Part shown: positions 61,956-64,000 of the stretch, one piece after another
Position numbering within the stretch: position 1 is the stretch's first letter
How the letters are laid out: each line of letters starts with the position of its first letter
Source of the DNA: an uncultured Lachnospiraceae bacterium
GTDB lineage: Bacteria; Bacillota; Clostridia; Lachnospirales; Lachnospiraceae
Assembly: GCA_910576535.1 (NCBI GenBank)
Contig: CAJTKK010000002.1
Span: 278,483 to 342,482 of the forward strand
Direction of reading: 5' to 3'
Length of the DNA stretch: 64,000 nt
The notes under the pieces: generated by a model
Databases searched by the model: none
What the model saw: only the letters and a program-made list of their open reading frames with translations
Told to the model about the DNA's origin: nothing
Translations under genes and position numbers: made by a program

Positions 61956-62195
61956 ATGATAATTATTGTTATTATAACAGCAGCCTTTTTGATTTTATAT
62001 CTTACTTCGTTTATACGCCAGGTAAGGCAGAAAAAAGAAAATGAAATCAATACTGTGGAAGAATTCCATAATAATTATGGAATAAATCATAATAAAGAAG
62101 CTTTCCCTCAAAATAGAAATACAAGAGAAAGCGGTTCTGCTTATAAGTATATCACCAAATATAACAGTTCTGAGGATTATAGGGAGAAACGCTGA
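61956..62195 (+). CDS. Small hypothetical protein with N-terminal TM
   Basis: GAGGAG RBS; hydrophobic N-terminus. Confidence 0.7.
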   Translation: MIIIVIITAAFLILYLTSFIRQVRQKKENEINTVEEFHNNYGINHNKEAFPQNRNTRESGSAYKYITKYNSSEDYREKR

Positions 62196-62204
62196 TCCAG
62201 GAAT

Positions 62205-62238
62205 AACTATTCGTTAAAGTTGTCTTTTGCGAATAGTT
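62205..62238. other. Candidate dif (Xer) site; alternatively a terminator hairpin
   Basis: AACTATTCGTTAAA-GTTGTC-TTTTGCGAATAGTT: 12/14 inverted arms around a 6-bp asymmetric spacer. Confidence 0.5.
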
Positions 62239-62275
62239 TCTCCTATATAAAACAATACTCTGCTTTTTGTCTTAT

Positions 62276-63361
62276 TCAATCTAAGATCTCCACAATTCCG
62301 ATATCTTTATATACCGATAAGTCAAGAAAGCTATTTCCGACTTGCACCAAAGGGCGGGTTAAGTTAAATTTATTGATCAAAACGATCTGGCCAGTTAACC
62401 CATTGCTTAAGCGGACATTGTGACGGATAAAATTATTGGTGACATGGGAAATAAAAGTCATCAGCATATGGGAATCGTATTTTTGATATCCGGTATCCTC
62501 TAACCGTTTTAAAAGCCAAAACGGCGACCTGGGTTTGATTCCTTCCTCTGCCATAATCATAGTGTCATAAGTGTCCGCGATGGCAATAATACGGGAAATA
62601 TGATTAATGTTTTCATGTTTGATCTTTAGCGGGAAGCCAGACCCGTCTTGACGTTCATGATGTGTTAAAATAGCCTGTTTTACTTTTACATCAATATTTT
62701 TTTCCTTAAATAAATTATATCCTAGTATGGCATGTTTGCTGTAGGGGCCGCCTTCTATTTCAGCGTGGAAAGTAAAACGTGGCGGAAGTTCTGCAGAACC
62801 CGTCAGCTTAAGCAGGCCGATATCATGCAGAAGCCCGGCCGTTCCTACTAATTCCACGTCTTGTTTTTCTAAATTAAGCCATTTTGCCAATACTTGTCCC
62901 CAAAGGGCGACATTAATCGAATGGGTATATAAGCCTTCTGCGCTTTTTTTCATAGTAAAAAGCATATTGCATAAATTGACTTCGTTTTCTGAATTTTCAA
63001 CAAGATTGTTCAGCATCCCTAAAAGAAGCGGGATATCCAAATCTTTTTCATTGGTTACAATATTTTTTAAATTTTCAGAAAGCGCGTTTTCTGCAATTTG
63101 AAAGTTTTCCTTAAACTCTTCTATCTGCTGCTGCCTGACTTTGGGAACCGATTCGGGAGAAGGGATATCCTCAGGGCTAGATGCTGTTGCTTGATAATCT
63201 ACCATAACATAATCAATAAAATGCCTGGTCAAAAGAGAAACTACATCTTTTGTCACGGGAGTATTGCTAGGAACAAGAATTGCCCCGGTTCTCGTATAAA
63301 CATCACTTTTTATGACCATCCCTCTTCTAAGACGGTCCGTATGTATTCTAAAAGATGCCAT
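62276..63361 (-). CDS. HD-GYP domain protein (putative cyclic-dinucleotide phosphodiesterase)
   Basis: HSINV, LLHDIG, HHERQDGSGFP, IADTYD. Confidence 0.88.
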   Translation of the reverse strand: MASFRIHTDRLRRGMVIKSDVYTRTGAILVPSNTPVTKDVVSLLTRHFIDYVMVDYQATASSPEDIPSPESVPKVRQQQIEEFKENFQIAENALSENLKNIVTNEKDLDIPLLLGMLNNLVENSENEVNLCNMLFTMKKSAEGLYTHSINVALWGQVLAKWLNLEKQDVELVGTAGLLHDIGLLKLTGSAELPPRFTFHAEIEGGPYSKHAILGYNLFKEKNIDVKVKQAILTHHERQDGSGFPLKIKHENINHISRIIAIADTYDTMIMAEEGIKPRSPFWLLKRLEDTGYQKYDSHMLMTFISHVTNNFIRHNVRLSNGLTGQIVLINKFNLTRPLVQVGNSFLDLSVYKDIGIVEILD

Positions 63362-63446
63362 AAGTCATAAGCCTTTCTCCAATTTTTCCGCAAGCAGATA
63401 TGCTATACAGCCATAAAGCAGACGTTTGAAGTTTGAAATTTCTGCT

Positions 63447-64000
63447 TTACTTTCTGCTTTCAAAATCTTCCACAAACTGCACAATTAACTTTACAGTTCC
63501 CTCGATACCAAGGACACTGCTATTAATGCATAAATCGTAACTGTCGGCTCTTCCCCATTTTTTGGAGGAATAATAGTTATAATAACTTTGACGCTGTTTA
63601 TCTTTTTTGGTAATCATTTCTTTTGCCTTTGTTTCCGTGAGGCTATACCGTTCCATAATCCGCTTTATTTTTGTATCATTATTTCCATAAATAAATAAAT
63701 GGACACAATTTGTATATTCGCTCAGAGCATAATCTGCACACCGTCCTACAATAATACAAGGCCCTTCATCGGCTATTTTTTTGATCGTATCAAACTGTGC
63801 CAGAAAAACTTTATGGCTGATGGGCATATCAACAAAAGAAGAAGCATTATATCCGAAGGAATAAGTATCCATCACTAAATTATAAAGAAAGGAGTTGGTT
63901 GGACGTTCATCATGATTCTGGATCATCTCTTCGCAAAACCCGCTTTCTTTCGCAGCTCTTGTCAGCAATTCTTTATCATAGCACTTTACGCCAAAATATT
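63447..64000 (-). CDS. Cytidylate kinase-like family protein (5' end beyond the window)
   Basis: Frame open to the window edge (YFGVKCYDKELL); IVGRCADY, YDLCINS. Confidence 0.88.
   Translation of the reverse strand, partial: YFGVKCYDKELLTRAAKESGFCEEMIQNHDERPTNSFLYNLVMDTYSFGYNASSFVDMPISHKVFLAQFDTIKKIADEGPCIIVGRCADYALSEYTNCVHLFIYGNNDTKIKRIMERYSLTETKAKEMITKKDKQRQSYYNYYSSKKWGRADSYDLCINSSVLGIEGTVKLIVQFVEDFESRK

Overview
A 64 kb, gene-dense core-chromosome segment from a spore-forming Clostridia bacterium; gene content suggests Lachnospiraceae (inference). Most genes are on the + strand up to ~56.5 kb, then orientation becomes mixed. In order: ytfJ tail, J-domain protein, rpmB, yloU-fakA-recG-degV, a GyrA-box-less parE/parC pair, rsmD-coaD, sporulation genes (ylbJ, GerA/SpoVAF family, pdaA, DUF378), a DtxR/MntR regulator with feoAAB, a ZorA/ZorB-like pair, ygiQ, recU, hisZGDB with a fused hisIE, a TIGR03960/TIGR03936-type radical SAM pair, rng, rplU-prp-rpmA-obgE-yhbY-nadD-yqeK-rsfS, MATE, livKHMGF, lexA/yneA, a long Xer recombinase, ttcA, dtd and an HD-GYP gene. 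I saw no rRNA, tRNA, CRISPR array, IS element or prophage. Best leads: (1) a stand-alone ZorAB-like ion-driven motor with no Zorya effector genes nearby; (2) a candidate non-canonical dif site (14-bp arms, 6-bp spacer) about 3 kb from a single 350-aa Xer; (3) a HisF-like barrel lacking both catalytic Asp residues, fused to HisIE; (4) small ORFs absent from the ORF track that have sporulation-type promoters. All calls come from reading motifs by eye; no database searches were run.
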